From positions 2,720,001 through 2,784,000 of the forward strand of contig CH464491.1 of assembly GCA_000002445.1 (NCBI GenBank): 64,000 nt of DNA. The letters are read 5' to 3'. The notes beneath the pieces are model-generated. The model saw only the letters and a list, made by a program, of their open reading frames with translations, searched no databases and was not told where the DNA came from. A program made the translations under genes and the position numbers. How positions within the stretch are numbered: position 1 is the stretch's first letter; each line of letters begins with the position of its first letter. Below are positions 1-9,941 of the stretch, piece after piece. The DNA is from Trypanosoma brucei (Eukaryota).

Positions 1-1
1 A

Positions 2-409
2 TCCTTGGTGCCCTTACTTCGTACCACGCTTGAATCTGCTTTCAAAAGTTTAAAACAAACTGAGTGTTGTGAGGGCCACATTAAACTCTCATTTTCCCGC
101 AGAGATGTTCTGCGTATTGTGAGGGGTCTGATGCCGAGTATATTGGAGCAACGAGTGGTATTTGGTAACGTGTACAGCGGAGTGATAACAGTTCTGACGC
201 TGGCAGAAATGTGGGACGAAGTGATGCAGGTACTGAAACATTTAGACCAGCCACATGTGTCAGATGGTGAGGATGGTGACCATCAGGGAATAAGCAGCCT
301 GTTGGTGGATCAGCGGGTATGGGCTTGGTTGTTTCGCCGTGCTCGCGATGCTGGTCAGGTGGAAATTTGTTTGTTCCTGCGCAGTCGGCGTGAGAAGTTG
401 TTTTACTAG
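2..409 (+). CDS. C-terminal fragment of a hypothetical protein. The ORF is open to the window start, so its start codon lies upstream.
   Basis: Frame is open from position 2 to the stop at 407-409 with no in-frame stop. It has the same orientation as every downstream gene. No recognisable motif. Confidence 0.4.
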   Translation, partial: SLVPLLRTTLESAFKSLKQTECCEGHIKLSFSRRDVLRIVRGLMPSILEQRVVFGNVYSGVITVLTLAEMWDEVMQVLKHLDQPHVSDGEDGDHQGISSLLVDQRVWAWLFRRARDAGQVEICLFLRSRREKLFY

Positions 410-850
410 CGCGAGAAGAATTGTTGCCTCGGACACCGAAGCTACGATGAAACTTCGCAACAGTTAGTTCATGTGAACTGTGGGAGGGGCCCGGTTGAAG
501 GCCCTCAAGAGGGTGCCCAACGATCAATCTGTATAACTTCTACTTCACATACGCACCTGCATGCGCGCATGCTCCCAGCTCCATGTTGGTAGGCGCCATC
601 CAATTGTTACTGTTTATTTACTTGTGTTTTCTACCTTTGTTGTTGATGCTTGTCGTCAGAACAGTAGGCCTCACACAGTTAAGGTAGTGTCAGTGAGGGA
701 ACCAGTAAACAAAGCACCCGTTTGTATCCTGGTGGACTTCATCAGTTGAGACCTTTTGTTGGTTATCAGTCACACATAATTCGTGCGAAGACACACGTTT
801 CCAAAGATATATATACATATATATATATATAATCTGCTGTAGGTTAAGTA

Positions 851-1396
851 GTGGGGATGCTTCGGTTCACTCATAGGGCTCTAACAGCTACTCCCGAACG
901 CTTCTCCGTGCTAGGTACGACGCATCCCAAACCCAAACGCACTGGCTTTGGTCGTAACAACAAAATGCGCTCGAAACCTAGTGACAATGTAGCGTGGTAT
1001 GACAAAGGCCCGGTTGAGTGGCTCCCTCGCCCTGTTAGACTTACTTATGACCATCTTGATCAACTCCAGCAGTGGATGATGCGTGCTACGCTTGACGGGC
1101 GAACGGAGGAGTTTAATCGCATCCGGGACCTTCACCGCGAGTGGTCGCAGCACCCGCTCATGCCAGTTCTGGGCGATGTGGAGCCAAAGTTTCCCCTCAA
1201 CTTATTCAAGCAAAATCACAGAGCGAAGAAGCGTTTCTTGGTGCGGTGGCATAAAGCTAATACACCAGCGAATTGGCTGTGGATGCCACGCGGCCCGACG
1301 GTTGTCACCCCTCTGCACCGCACCAACCCAACGCAGTACCCGGAAAATTGGAAGCAAATGGTGCAGAGAAAGTCTGGAACAGGCACCCCTTCGTGA
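851..1396 (+). CDS. Hypothetical basic protein of 181 aa
   Basis: Intact ORF preceded by a pyrimidine-rich spacer and a (TA)n tract. Lys/Arg/Trp-rich composition, suggestive of a nucleic-acid or ribosome-associated protein. No motif I can name. Confidence 0.45.
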   Translation: MGMLRFTHRALTATPERFSVLGTTHPKPKRTGFGRNNKMRSKPSDNVAWYDKGPVEWLPRPVRLTYDHLDQLQQWMMRATLDGRTEEFNRIRDLHREWSQHPLMPVLGDVEPKFPLNLFKQNHRAKKRFLVRWHKANTPANWLWMPRGPTVVTPLHRTNPTQYPENWKQMVQRKSGTGTPS

Positions 1397-1437
1397 TGAC
1401 TCTTCGATTGCTTTTATTTGTACTCGGGTTTAGCGAA

Positions 1438-1475
1438 GTGTGTGTGTGTGCTTGTGTATGTGTGTGTGTGTGTGT
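1438..1475. repeat. (GT)n dinucleotide microsatellite in the intergenic spacer
   Basis: Direct reading: gtgtgtgtgtgtgcttgtgtatgtgtgtgtgtgtgtgt. Confidence 0.9.
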
Positions 1476-1862
1476 TTAGCTTTCCTTTAAGGGATGAGAA
1501 GGAGGAGTTGCCATTGGTCTATTGCGTGCCATCTACAGGTTCTAACCACCTGCGCATACTTTGAGGAAGTGTCTGTATTCCGATTTACCGCGGTACCACA
1601 GAAAAATTGCTAAGCGTATTGCACTGTCATACCGTATGTTTCACCGCCGGCCTTTCTCTACCTTATGCTGTTGACTTGTTTTGTGGTTGTAAAAGGGTTG
1701 TGTTTATAGGGGTTCTAGCGAAGGAGGGGGAACCCACGCAAGGGACGAGTCAAGGATACATTAGAGATACCATATAGTATTGCGTGCTTGATACGGGCGT
1801 GTTGGCCTACCTGAGCTGGTGTCGATACATAAAAAAAGCATAAATAGACTAGACATAAAAAC

Positions 1863-2432
1863 ATGAGCATGCCATGCAATATTCGTGATGCATTAACTTT
1901 GCAGTTTTGTTGGGTGAATGTCCTGGTGCGTCGACGAAATGGCCATTACACATCATTTGCGCGCGTACGGGCGGCGTTATTTGCCAGCATGCATGCGTGT
2001 TTTATAGTTACACTACTGTTTTATTTTGTTTTTGAACCTTTTTCTTGGGTTCTTGCCTTTCTTATACAGTTGATCCTCTTCATTATTTCAGTCGTACACA
2101 CCGCTCTGATCTCCGAGTACGAAGAGCGTCTAAATAATGCAATGGAGCTGGAGAGACAGCTGAACCCTCTCATCATCGCCGAATTAACTTTTCGTTGCTT
2201 CAGTCTGTTCCACTTGTTTTTGCTGCACTGGTGGTTCGCTTTTGCCGTCGGTCTGCTGGAGCCGCTGCACAATTACTGGTCCTATCGTAGAGCACATTTC
2301 CTGGTGGATGCAGCAACAACATGGAAACAATTAGGCTCTTTGAGGACGGATGCCCGTCTGCGGCTGATGATCCAAGGTCTGTTGTTGATACTCACCTTCG
2401 CATACCTTACGCTCGCTCTGTTACCAAACTAA
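1863..2432 (+). CDS. Predicted multi-pass membrane protein (189 aa) of unknown function
   Basis: At least four hydrophobic helix-length segments (for example FIVTLLFYFVFEPFSWVLAFLIQLILFIISVV, LFHLFLLHWWFAFAVGLL, LLLILTFAYLTLALL) separated by a charged loop. + strand, within the gene array. Confidence 0.45.
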   Translation: MSMPCNIRDALTLQFCWVNVLVRRRNGHYTSFARVRAALFASMHACFIVTLLFYFVFEPFSWVLAFLIQLILFIISVVHTALISEYEERLNNAMELERQLNPLIIAELTFRCFSLFHLFLLHWWFAFAVGLLEPLHNYWSYRRAHFLVDAATTWKQLGSLRTDARLRLMIQGLLLILTFAYLTLALLPN

Positions 2433-3325
2433 GACAGAAGTTGCAACGCTTAGGTTTCTGTCATCTTTCCTTCGCATATTTTGTCTCAAGTGAGCGGAGA
2501 GATCCTTGACGAGTGTGCCGCTAATTGCACTCGGTGCGGCAAGGGATGAGAAGAGTAAAGGAGCCAATCCAGTTCATTGTGGTGACTTGGTGTCGTTAGC
2601 GTCACATGGATATGCTTCACAGCCTCCAAGTTTTCCGCGTGTTTGGTTAACTCTTTATTACCCCTTTCCCCCGACTGCGGATTCGGAAGGAAAAACTGTG
2701 GTAGCGTTCGGACGGAAGAAATGAGCGGAGGCAAATGGTGTGTTGTTTTTTGACAGTCGTGCCACACTTCGGTTTTGCACGTAACAAGCCTCCTTCATTT
2801 ATTCTTTGTTTAATATTTTTGTGTGTTACACATCACTTCGCCTTGTCGCACCGTTATTATCCATTACTGACTTCGAAACACATCGTCCGCAGTTGGATTG
2901 TCACTTTCTGTTTTCGTGGCGGCGGAAGCAATTCTTTCCTTCACCCCACATATTTATTACGTTATAGCGGGGACCGAAAGGGAACTGTGTGAGTCAGTTG
3001 GTTGCTTTTGCTTGTGAAGGGGAAGGAGGATGGTTGTATCTTATGGAGTTTTGTGTGGGAGCTTGTTTACCCTACTGGTTGTTATTTGTGGAGGTGTCGT
3101 GCCTTACTACTCACTGGCGTGCCGTTTTCTCTTTTGAATTTGGTGATGCAGAAAAGAAACAAGGTGATCATCGCTTGTGTCGGTCAATGCATAAATGTTA
3201 GGAGAGTTGTGTCTGTACCTTTAACTATTCTGTATACCCGTTGTGATGTGCGCTTGCTATATTTCCTCGCTTTCCGCCTTAATTACCTTATATCTCACAT
3301 ACGCGCAGTGATATAGTCTGGGAGT

Positions 3326-3841
3326 GTGAGTGGAGTTCCATTGGACATCAGGGTTTGTACGGCGACGAACTCGAAAAAAGTGACAATGAGTGCACCAATG
3401 GCTCGCAGGGATTACTTTTCTATGGGATCGCGCTGCTGCATCGCATGCGGGCAATGGATCCCGTCTGAACACGATATGCCTCGGAGTGGAAGTGCTGCAG
3501 CTGGAGGTTTGCAGTGTCGGCGATGCAACGTTGTGCAGCCGGAGCGCCCCATGCCTGATTTTGAAAAAGCTTCGGAGGTAACAACAGCAGCCCTCCTTTT
3601 TACAAAGGCAGAAATCGACGCTGCATGGAAAAGTGTGAAGCATTCCCTTGAGGAGGCGAGGAGGGAAGATGTTGGTGTTGCCCAGACGGACAATCGTGTT
3701 GAGGAGGAGGCGTTCTGCGAGAAATGTGGTGTGCCACGCAAGTGTAAGGTGTTTGCGCGGCAAATACGTAGTGCCGATGAGGGTCAAACAGTCTTCTACC
3801 AATGCACCTCGTGTGACTCGGAGTGGCAGCTCAACTCATAA
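3326..3841 (+). CDS. DNA-directed RNA polymerase small subunit with a TFIIS-type C-terminal zinc ribbon (RPA12/RPB9/RPC11 family). The true start is probably the ATG at 3386.
   Basis: N-terminal zinc ribbon CIACGQW...CRRCN (two CxxC pairs). The C-terminus CEKCGVPRKCKVFARQIRSADEGQTVFYQCTSCDSEWQ matches the TFIIS/RPA12/RPC11 ribbon consensus C-x2-C...Q-T-R-S-A-D-E...T-x-F-Y-x-C-x2-C-x-x-W. An acidic linker about 70 aa long separates the two ribbons. Confidence 0.75.
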   Translation: MSGVPLDIRVCTATNSKKVTMSAPMARRDYFSMGSRCCIACGQWIPSEHDMPRSGSAAAGGLQCRRCNVVQPERPMPDFEKASEVTTAALLFTKAEIDAAWKSVKHSLEEARREDVGVAQTDNRVEEEAFCEKCGVPRKCKVFARQIRSADEGQTVFYQCTSCDSEWQLNS

Positions 3842-4478
3842 CTTGTGAGCTTTCCTTTAGTAGCACATAAGTTGGAGGAAGGGGCACGCGGATGTGAGTG
3901 TACTCCACGCTTCTTTACAAGTTTATAACATAAGGTAAACACGGCGTGCATGAGGATACTCCAGCGTTTTGAGACACCGTTTAAAGCATGTGGCCCATAG
4001 CTCTATTTGCAACCTTTGCACAGCCATTACGTTGTGTAATGGGCCTTTGGACTTTTCGTTGTAGTCTTACAGGTCTACCCTCGTTTGACCTTTGGCATTT
4101 GAGCGGGTTGTAAGTGTGCTCGGGATCTCGTCTCGTTAATGTGAGAGTTGATACACATTTCCACACTGTCTGCCTTCGTTCTTTGCAATTGCCTGATCTA
4201 ACTGTGACCTTCCTTGCAGCAGTCTTTTTTTTTTTTTTTGAGTTCACTTTTACCGGTGTTGGCGGGCGCTTTCTATCGCTGCAACCATTGGCAGAGAGTA
4301 GACACAGGCCGTTAAGGTAGCAAAGAAACAGAGAAAGGGAAGTTAGAAAGCTTCAGTTCGAACCGCTCGTGTACCTTGACATCTGAGTTTCTGGTGGTTT
4401 GAGTAAAAGACTGCACGACGAAAGAGAGCAGTGGTATTGGGAAGAAAAAAAAAAGAGAACTTTAGCTTGTAAAGCACC

Positions 4479-6185
4479 ATGCGAAACGATAAGTCGATGC
4501 CGCACACGGCGAACCCTTCCCCGATCCCGCCCTCCAATGGCGGTACGATTTGTTCTGACCACAAGTCGCTCGAGCTTTTCAACGCCGCGCATCCAAACCC
4601 AACAGGGCAGCAAATTGAAGTTGCACCAATTGCATTTCTCACAACAAATCGCGTTGTATCTGCCCTGAAGAAAGCAATAGGGCGTTTGGAGCTGCTGAAC
4701 CTGCTCGACACTACGGCTCCGGACGATGGCTACAATGCTTCTCCATTCGTGACCGAACAACGAACAACCAATAGTCTATTCGCCAAAGAAGCGAAATCAA
4801 CTACCGCCGACACGGTACCACGTAAAGCCGCGTTGATCGCCGGACTTGGGGGTGAGACATCCCACCGAGAAATAAGGGAGATAAATCACGCCCTTCAGGT
4901 AGCTGCGACAAAACAACGCACCGTCCGACCCACCGTTGGGGACCTTGTACAAGAACAGCAGGCCCTTGAACAAAAGTATGGCGAACTCCTACAAAAGGTG
5001 GGGCGTGTCAATCCTAGTAGGAGCGGTCCGACCTTAGACCCGAGCTGCTTTGCTTCCGTGCAAGACTTGGATAAACTGGCTCTCATAGAGGAGCTTAAGC
5101 AAACCTCCAAGCGGCTACGAGAACATAATAAGGCCCTTTTCACACGTCTTAAGGACAATCCCAATGACTCCGACAACTGGAAGAAGGTTGGCAACGAGCG
5201 GTTAGAGTTGATAGAGCTACTCAAATCTGTCATTAAAGAGCTCACTGTGGGGTACGCCAGTGGTCGGACGCAGTCTGCAAGAACCGGCCTTTTGGCTAGA
5301 CGCTACAGTCGAGGACCGAGGCTGAGTGGGACAAATGACAGTTCTGGTACGGAGGCGCGAGAAACAACTCTATCAACTGCCATGAACCGGTTTGGTAGTT
5401 CGGTACAACTGAAACGAGCTGGGCGGAGCCCTTCAGCCGCGCGCATTCCGCTTACCTCCACCTTTGAAAAGTTTGCCAAACTAGTTTCAGATGAGCAGAG
5501 TGCTCAGTTGTGGGCGAGTGAGCTTGTGCTGAAGGAAAAAGAACTGAATCAAAATGTGAAACAGCTTCAGCAAGAGCTCAAGACCCAGAAATTATTGAGG
5601 GAGAAGGAAGTCACCGAGTTAAAGTTGCGTGTCGCCGAGCTGAGGCAGAAACTGCGTCAAGAGAAAAAACTAACTAAGCAGCGCGGTGATATGGTGAGAG
5701 CGGCCGCCGAAGCTGCGCACGAAGCAATGCAGCGTGCTGCAGATGATAAGGCGCATATTGTATTGGATGGCATGCAGGCAAACAGAGCTACGGATGTGAT
5801 GGAAGAACGCGCGCATGCCGCGTTCAAGGAGCATCTCTTAGAACGTACTGCTGCGATGGATGATCTTGCTATGCAGTGGGACAGGAAGAATCAAAATGAG
5901 GTGAAGCGTGCTGAGGCACGTAAGATTGATCTGGAGCAAATGCGGCAGCAGTGCGCCGAGCGTTTAGAGAAGGCCCGCAAAGACAAGGAGGTGGAGCTGG
6001 AAAAGAAAGCAGAGAGAGATGCTGAAAAGGAAAAACTGGAAGCTGCAAAAGTAGCGGAGGAGCTGCGGAGGAATACGGTTTATGAAGCCGTGTCAAAGAT
6101 ACAGTCGGCGATTCGGGCGATGTTCACGCGGAAAGCGGTTGCTGTATTGAGGAAGAAAGCTAGCAAGCATAAGCGCAAGACCTGA
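4479..6185 (+). CDS. Coiled-coil protein with a C-terminal IQ-like calmodulin-binding motif (568 aa)
   Basis: Long heptad-like E/K/R/L/Q-rich stretch (EKELNQNVKQLQQELKTQKLLREKEVTELKLRVAELRQKLRQEKK...). Terminal IQSAIRAMFTRKAVAVLRKK fits the IQxxxRGxxxR pattern. A polyT/polypyrimidine tract at 4234-4250 lies upstream. Confidence 0.55.
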   Translation: MRNDKSMPHTANPSPIPPSNGGTICSDHKSLELFNAAHPNPTGQQIEVAPIAFLTTNRVVSALKKAIGRLELLNLLDTTAPDDGYNASPFVTEQRTTNSLFAKEAKSTTADTVPRKAALIAGLGGETSHREIREINHALQVAATKQRTVRPTVGDLVQEQQALEQKYGELLQKVGRVNPSRSGPTLDPSCFASVQDLDKLALIEELKQTSKRLREHNKALFTRLKDNPNDSDNWKKVGNERLELIELLKSVIKELTVGYASGRTQSARTGLLARRYSRGPRLSGTNDSSGTEARETTLSTAMNRFGSSVQLKRAGRSPSAARIPLTSTFEKFAKLVSDEQSAQLWASELVLKEKELNQNVKQLQQELKTQKLLREKEVTELKLRVAELRQKLRQEKKLTKQRGDMVRAAAEAAHEAMQRAADDKAHIVLDGMQANRATDVMEERAHAAFKEHLLERTAAMDDLAMQWDRKNQNEVKRAEARKIDLEQMRQQCAERLEKARKDKEVELEKKAERDAEKEKLEAAKVAEELRRNTVYEAVSKIQSAIRAMFTRKAVAVLRKKASKHKRKT

Positions 6186-6708
6186 GAGAGCATCACTGTA
6201 TATGTTGTGTTACACCGTTTGCAAAATGTTTGAAACCTTTCCCGGCGGTTGAAACTGTAACTTGTATGGGCGGAAGGTTGGTTGGCCACGCTGTTCTGCC
6301 TCCTTCCCCCAGGTGGTCAGGGCATGGTGTCACCGTTCTTTACCATACATTCATTAGAGATACGTAACTACACGATGTATTCCAGACGGGCATTTAAATA
6401 GTGATGCTTGTATGTACTCACATGCATCAATTGAGGTGCGCCCCACTGCAGACCAATGCGGCTAAATTTATTTTCTGTAATGACTTGATCTGCGCGGGTG
6501 CGCTTGCCAATGTTTCTCATTCTGTTAGTGTTGGCCATGGGCTTCATTTGTTCAATTATTTTCATTGTTGGACACATCCTCATTGCGCTTTCACTTTCAC
6601 GTACAACCACTATCGCTTCCGTTTTGTTTCTACCGAACCATTTTCCATGCAATGTCATGTAGGATCTGGGCCCCCACTAATTGGTAAAAATAGTTGCTTT
6701 CCACGTAA

Positions 6709-7437
6709 ATGAGACAAGCGTCTGCGGGAGAACGACGGCGGCTGAAACCCAGGCGGAAGCGTTCAACAACCTCCGTGCCTTGCCGGAAACCATTGAGCGA
6801 AAGGGAGACTGCAGAGTTGTTCCTGTCGGATGTTGCTGCCGCGGGAACGGATGGAGTGGGGCCGAGCAGCTCTGTGGATCAGAGAACATTACCCGCAGAT
6901 GCGCGGAAGAAGGTAAAGAAGGCCCCTGTCACTGTGACGAAGCGTGGAAAGGAGAAAAAAGGAGCAAAGTTGAATGTAAAGGTGGCTCTGGAAGAGGTCG
7001 TCGCTGCGTCTGGACCCGGTGGCATAACTCTGCCCCTTGAGGAAGGTGAGGATGATCCCTCTGTTTCAGTGGAGGTGCTGCAGCAAACCGCAGCTTTTCT
7101 TGCTGCCCTTACACCCAGCCGATCGCACCGCTTTTGGGCGTGCCGGCGGGTGGCCCGTGGGGAGGCAGAAGGGGAGGTGGATGCTGCATTGGAGGTATCC
7201 TCAACGGATAGTGACATCACTGACGGAGGGACGGATGACAGCAATGAGGAGGAGAGTAACGATTTGGAGGACGCACGTGATTCTGGTGATTGCAAAGAGT
7301 GCCCCACGGGCTCCATGGCGGGGAGGGTGACTGTGTCAAAGCATGCGACTAAAAAACCTAATGAGGAAGCGAAGGTGACGAATAAGAATGACGGCGGGTT
7401 GCTTTTCAAAAGCAACCCCGATATCTGGGATGACTGA
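6709..7437 (+). CDS. Hypothetical acidic low-complexity protein (242 aa). Weak call.
   Basis: ORF with a basic N-terminus (RRRLKPRRKR) and an acidic D/E/S-rich C-terminal half. Alternative-frame ORFs overlap the same span, so the coding frame is uncertain. Confidence 0.35.
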   Translation: MRQASAGERRRLKPRRKRSTTSVPCRKPLSERETAELFLSDVAAAGTDGVGPSSSVDQRTLPADARKKVKKAPVTVTKRGKEKKGAKLNVKVALEEVVAASGPGGITLPLEEGEDDPSVSVEVLQQTAAFLAALTPSRSHRFWACRRVARGEAEGEVDAALEVSSTDSDITDGGTDDSNEEESNDLEDARDSGDCKECPTGSMAGRVTVSKHATKKPNEEAKVTNKNDGGLLFKSNPDIWDD

Positions 7438-7815
7438 GTGATGTACCAATGCTATGCATGGTATTTACAGTCACTTAGCTTTGGGGTGCCGGTGGCTCGT
7501 GTAATCAGCACCTACTTGTAGCACTAATTAGTAATAACTTGCGCCCCCCCCCCTTGTACACCTGGATAAGCTTTTACAAGGGTTTTCAGCCTTAAAATTT
7601 GATCTCCTACTCCATTCTTTCGCTTTCGGTGCATGGGCTTCACTGTCTCTTACTTTCCTTGGAATGTGCGAATCAATGCACTTGAATATTTTCCTTTTAT
7701 CTATCTCTCTGCGTCTCTTCTTTCCATGATTCAATTACGCCGCTTTATGCGTGGTTTGCCAGTGTTGTTGACAACCGGACTTGAAGTATCACGGGGTGGC
7801 AACTGGTGAATATCG

Positions 7816-9051
7816 TTGGATTGCCGAAGCACTCGTTACTGTCACGACGCTTGCGCCGAAAAGGAGCCTATGCACGCGACAGTCACTGCCACACAACATA
7901 TCCTTCAGTCGGTTACCACTCACAGATACGAGCTTGTTGCAGTGTTAATCAGTGGTATCGTTGCCTACTTTGCTACCGTGCGTTTTGTACAGGGGGCCCG
8001 CATAAAGCTAATACAAAGAAGGCTCTGCGGAATAGATATTAATAAAACAACGCCGGAGCAACGAAAGAAGATTGCATCGAAACCGTATGACGAGCTAGAC
8101 GAAGGCGAGAAGCGACTCGTCGTGCCGGAGTCATTTGGCATTCTTGCAGGTGCTGTGTACCTCTCTGCCGTTTTGATAACCACTTCTGTGGCCTTTGGTG
8201 GGGTCTCCCGCCAACTGGATGGATCAGTGACTTCCATTGCCGTTATGCTCCTTCTTGGATTTGTAGATGATGTGCTCGACCTGCGTTGGAGGTACAAAAT
8301 ACTTCTCTCGGCGATAGGCACCATCCCACTTGTCATGACGTTCAAGGGAAGCCTCGAGGTCATCGTTCCCCGCCTCCTCGCGCCTTACCTTGGTTCACCC
8401 ACGCTGTACCTCGGTGTCTTCTACCTTGTGGGTCTGTCGTTGTTGTGCATCTTCTGCACGAACAGCATAAATATTCTCGCTGGTGTTAACGGTGTGGAAG
8501 TAGGGCAAAGTATTGTGATTGCTGTGGCATCTATAGTGCACTGCATTATGCAGATGCGTCTAGAAAGTGATCCGAGCTACGGTGGACCTGCCACCTCAGG
8601 GCAACTCCTAGCCATTGCGCTGCTCGTACCGTTTGTTGGTGTGAGCGCTGCCCTCTGGCGTTTCAACTCGTACCCTGCTTCCATATTTGTGGGTGACAGT
8701 TATACATATTTCGCAGGCACTGTCCTTTCGGTCGCTGGCGTAACAGGTGTCTACAGTAAGACACTCATGCTCTTTTTCGTGCCACAGCTTGTTAACTTTG
8801 CAATTTCGCTTCCGCAGCTACTGCGAATCGTGCCATGCCCCCGCCACCGCGTTCCTCGGTGGGACATGAAGAGGGATGTCATGCAGAACAGTGGTAATTA
8901 CACGCTGTTGAACGCCATCTTGCTTCTACGTGGTGATATGCATGAGCGGGATTTGACGCGTGCGGCGTTGAAACTACAGATTGTCTCTTGCATAGTTGCG
9001 ATGTTCGCAAGATACTTCCTGGCTTCCCTCCTGTACGACCACGTCTACTGA
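7816..9051 (+). CDS. ALG7: UDP-N-acetylglucosamine--dolichyl-phosphate N-acetylglucosaminephosphotransferase (GPT; glycosyltransferase family 4). There is an alternative start at 7870.
   Basis: Multi-pass membrane protein carrying the MraY/GPT-family motifs: LLGFVDDVLDLRWRYK (the DDxxD Mg-binding loop), NSINILAGVNGVEVGQS (the NxxNxxDGxDGL-like motif), and a FVGDSYTYFAGT segment. Confidence 0.9.
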   Translation: MDCRSTRYCHDACAEKEPMHATVTATQHILQSVTTHRYELVAVLISGIVAYFATVRFVQGARIKLIQRRLCGIDINKTTPEQRKKIASKPYDELDEGEKRLVVPESFGILAGAVYLSAVLITTSVAFGGVSRQLDGSVTSIAVMLLLGFVDDVLDLRWRYKILLSAIGTIPLVMTFKGSLEVIVPRLLAPYLGSPTLYLGVFYLVGLSLLCIFCTNSINILAGVNGVEVGQSIVIAVASIVHCIMQMRLESDPSYGGPATSGQLLAIALLVPFVGVSAALWRFNSYPASIFVGDSYTYFAGTVLSVAGVTGVYSKTLMLFFVPQLVNFAISLPQLLRIVPCPRHRVPRWDMKRDVMQNSGNYTLLNAILLLRGDMHERDLTRAALKLQIVSCIVAMFARYFLASLLYDHVY

Positions 9052-9941
9052 TTAATAAAAAAAAGAGGTGATGTGGTCACATGGCGTATGTAACGACTTC
9101 AATTTGGGTGCAACTGCAGTTACCGTGTCTGTTACGCTGTGTGAGCGGGGTCATAAGGATAGAAGCTAAACTCTGCTCTCATTTATGCCACACGCTATAT
9201 ACTATTCAGGAGGATAGTGTGTGGTAAGTGCGGAAGGAAGGCGCTTCTACTTGTTGTGTTGCATCACTGAGGGAAGGAAAAGGTTGGTCGAAGGGATGCA
9301 GAAGAACTATCCTCTATGCCAAAGCAAAGTACTCTCTTTGTGTGGTTATGGTGCGCGTAGCCACTAACGACTTTCAGATCAGTTTGAGTGGGCTCATTGC
9401 TTTGGGGTTCCCAACTTATGATTAAGTACTATGGTGGGCGATTGCTAAAAAAGGTTCGCAATGGGTGCCTGCACTCGTGCAAGAACAAGTTAGCGTGCTG
9501 CCAACGCTTAGATTTGCCTAATAGCATATTGTATTATTACAGGGTTATAATACCGATCATACTGACCGTCAACGCCGTCTCTCCCTGTGCTTATCGCAAC
9601 CATAACAAGCCGTTACTTGAAATAAGCTCATGGCACTGTTATCACTTTCTCATTAACTTGCACTGGTTCACTCAAATATATATTTCCTCCCTATTCGCAT
9701 ATATGTTAATGAATGGACCTTTAAGGCAATTTTGGCGACCCGCATCCTCGGGAAAAGGGTCGTAGCTACATACAAGCCGCGACACCGAACTGAGTTCCGC
9801 CGAGAATACATGTAAGTGCCCTCATCACCGAAATCGACAGAAGAGTAGTTCAAACGCCAAGGACATCTTCTCGCACGCGCCCACCCACGGAGGCTGGAAA
9901 CGATATTAGGGAACATTTTTGAGACCCAACGAGGTGGTAAG

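Noticed and set aside
6681-7040. Alternative-frame 119-aa ORF overlapping the 6709-7437 ORF
   Set aside because: Only one frame can be coding. The longer, acidic 6709-7437 frame was retained, but with low confidence. The true frame needs proteomic or ribosome-profiling data.
9388-9765. 125-aa + strand ORF in the spacer, and the similar small spacer ORFs at 561-749, 14222-14521, 29454-29780, 37746-38018 and 53859-54151
   Set aside because: They sit in AT-rich, microsatellite-containing spacers. Their composition is low-complexity (runs of Y/I/F/L) and shows no codon-bias resemblance to the neighbouring genes.
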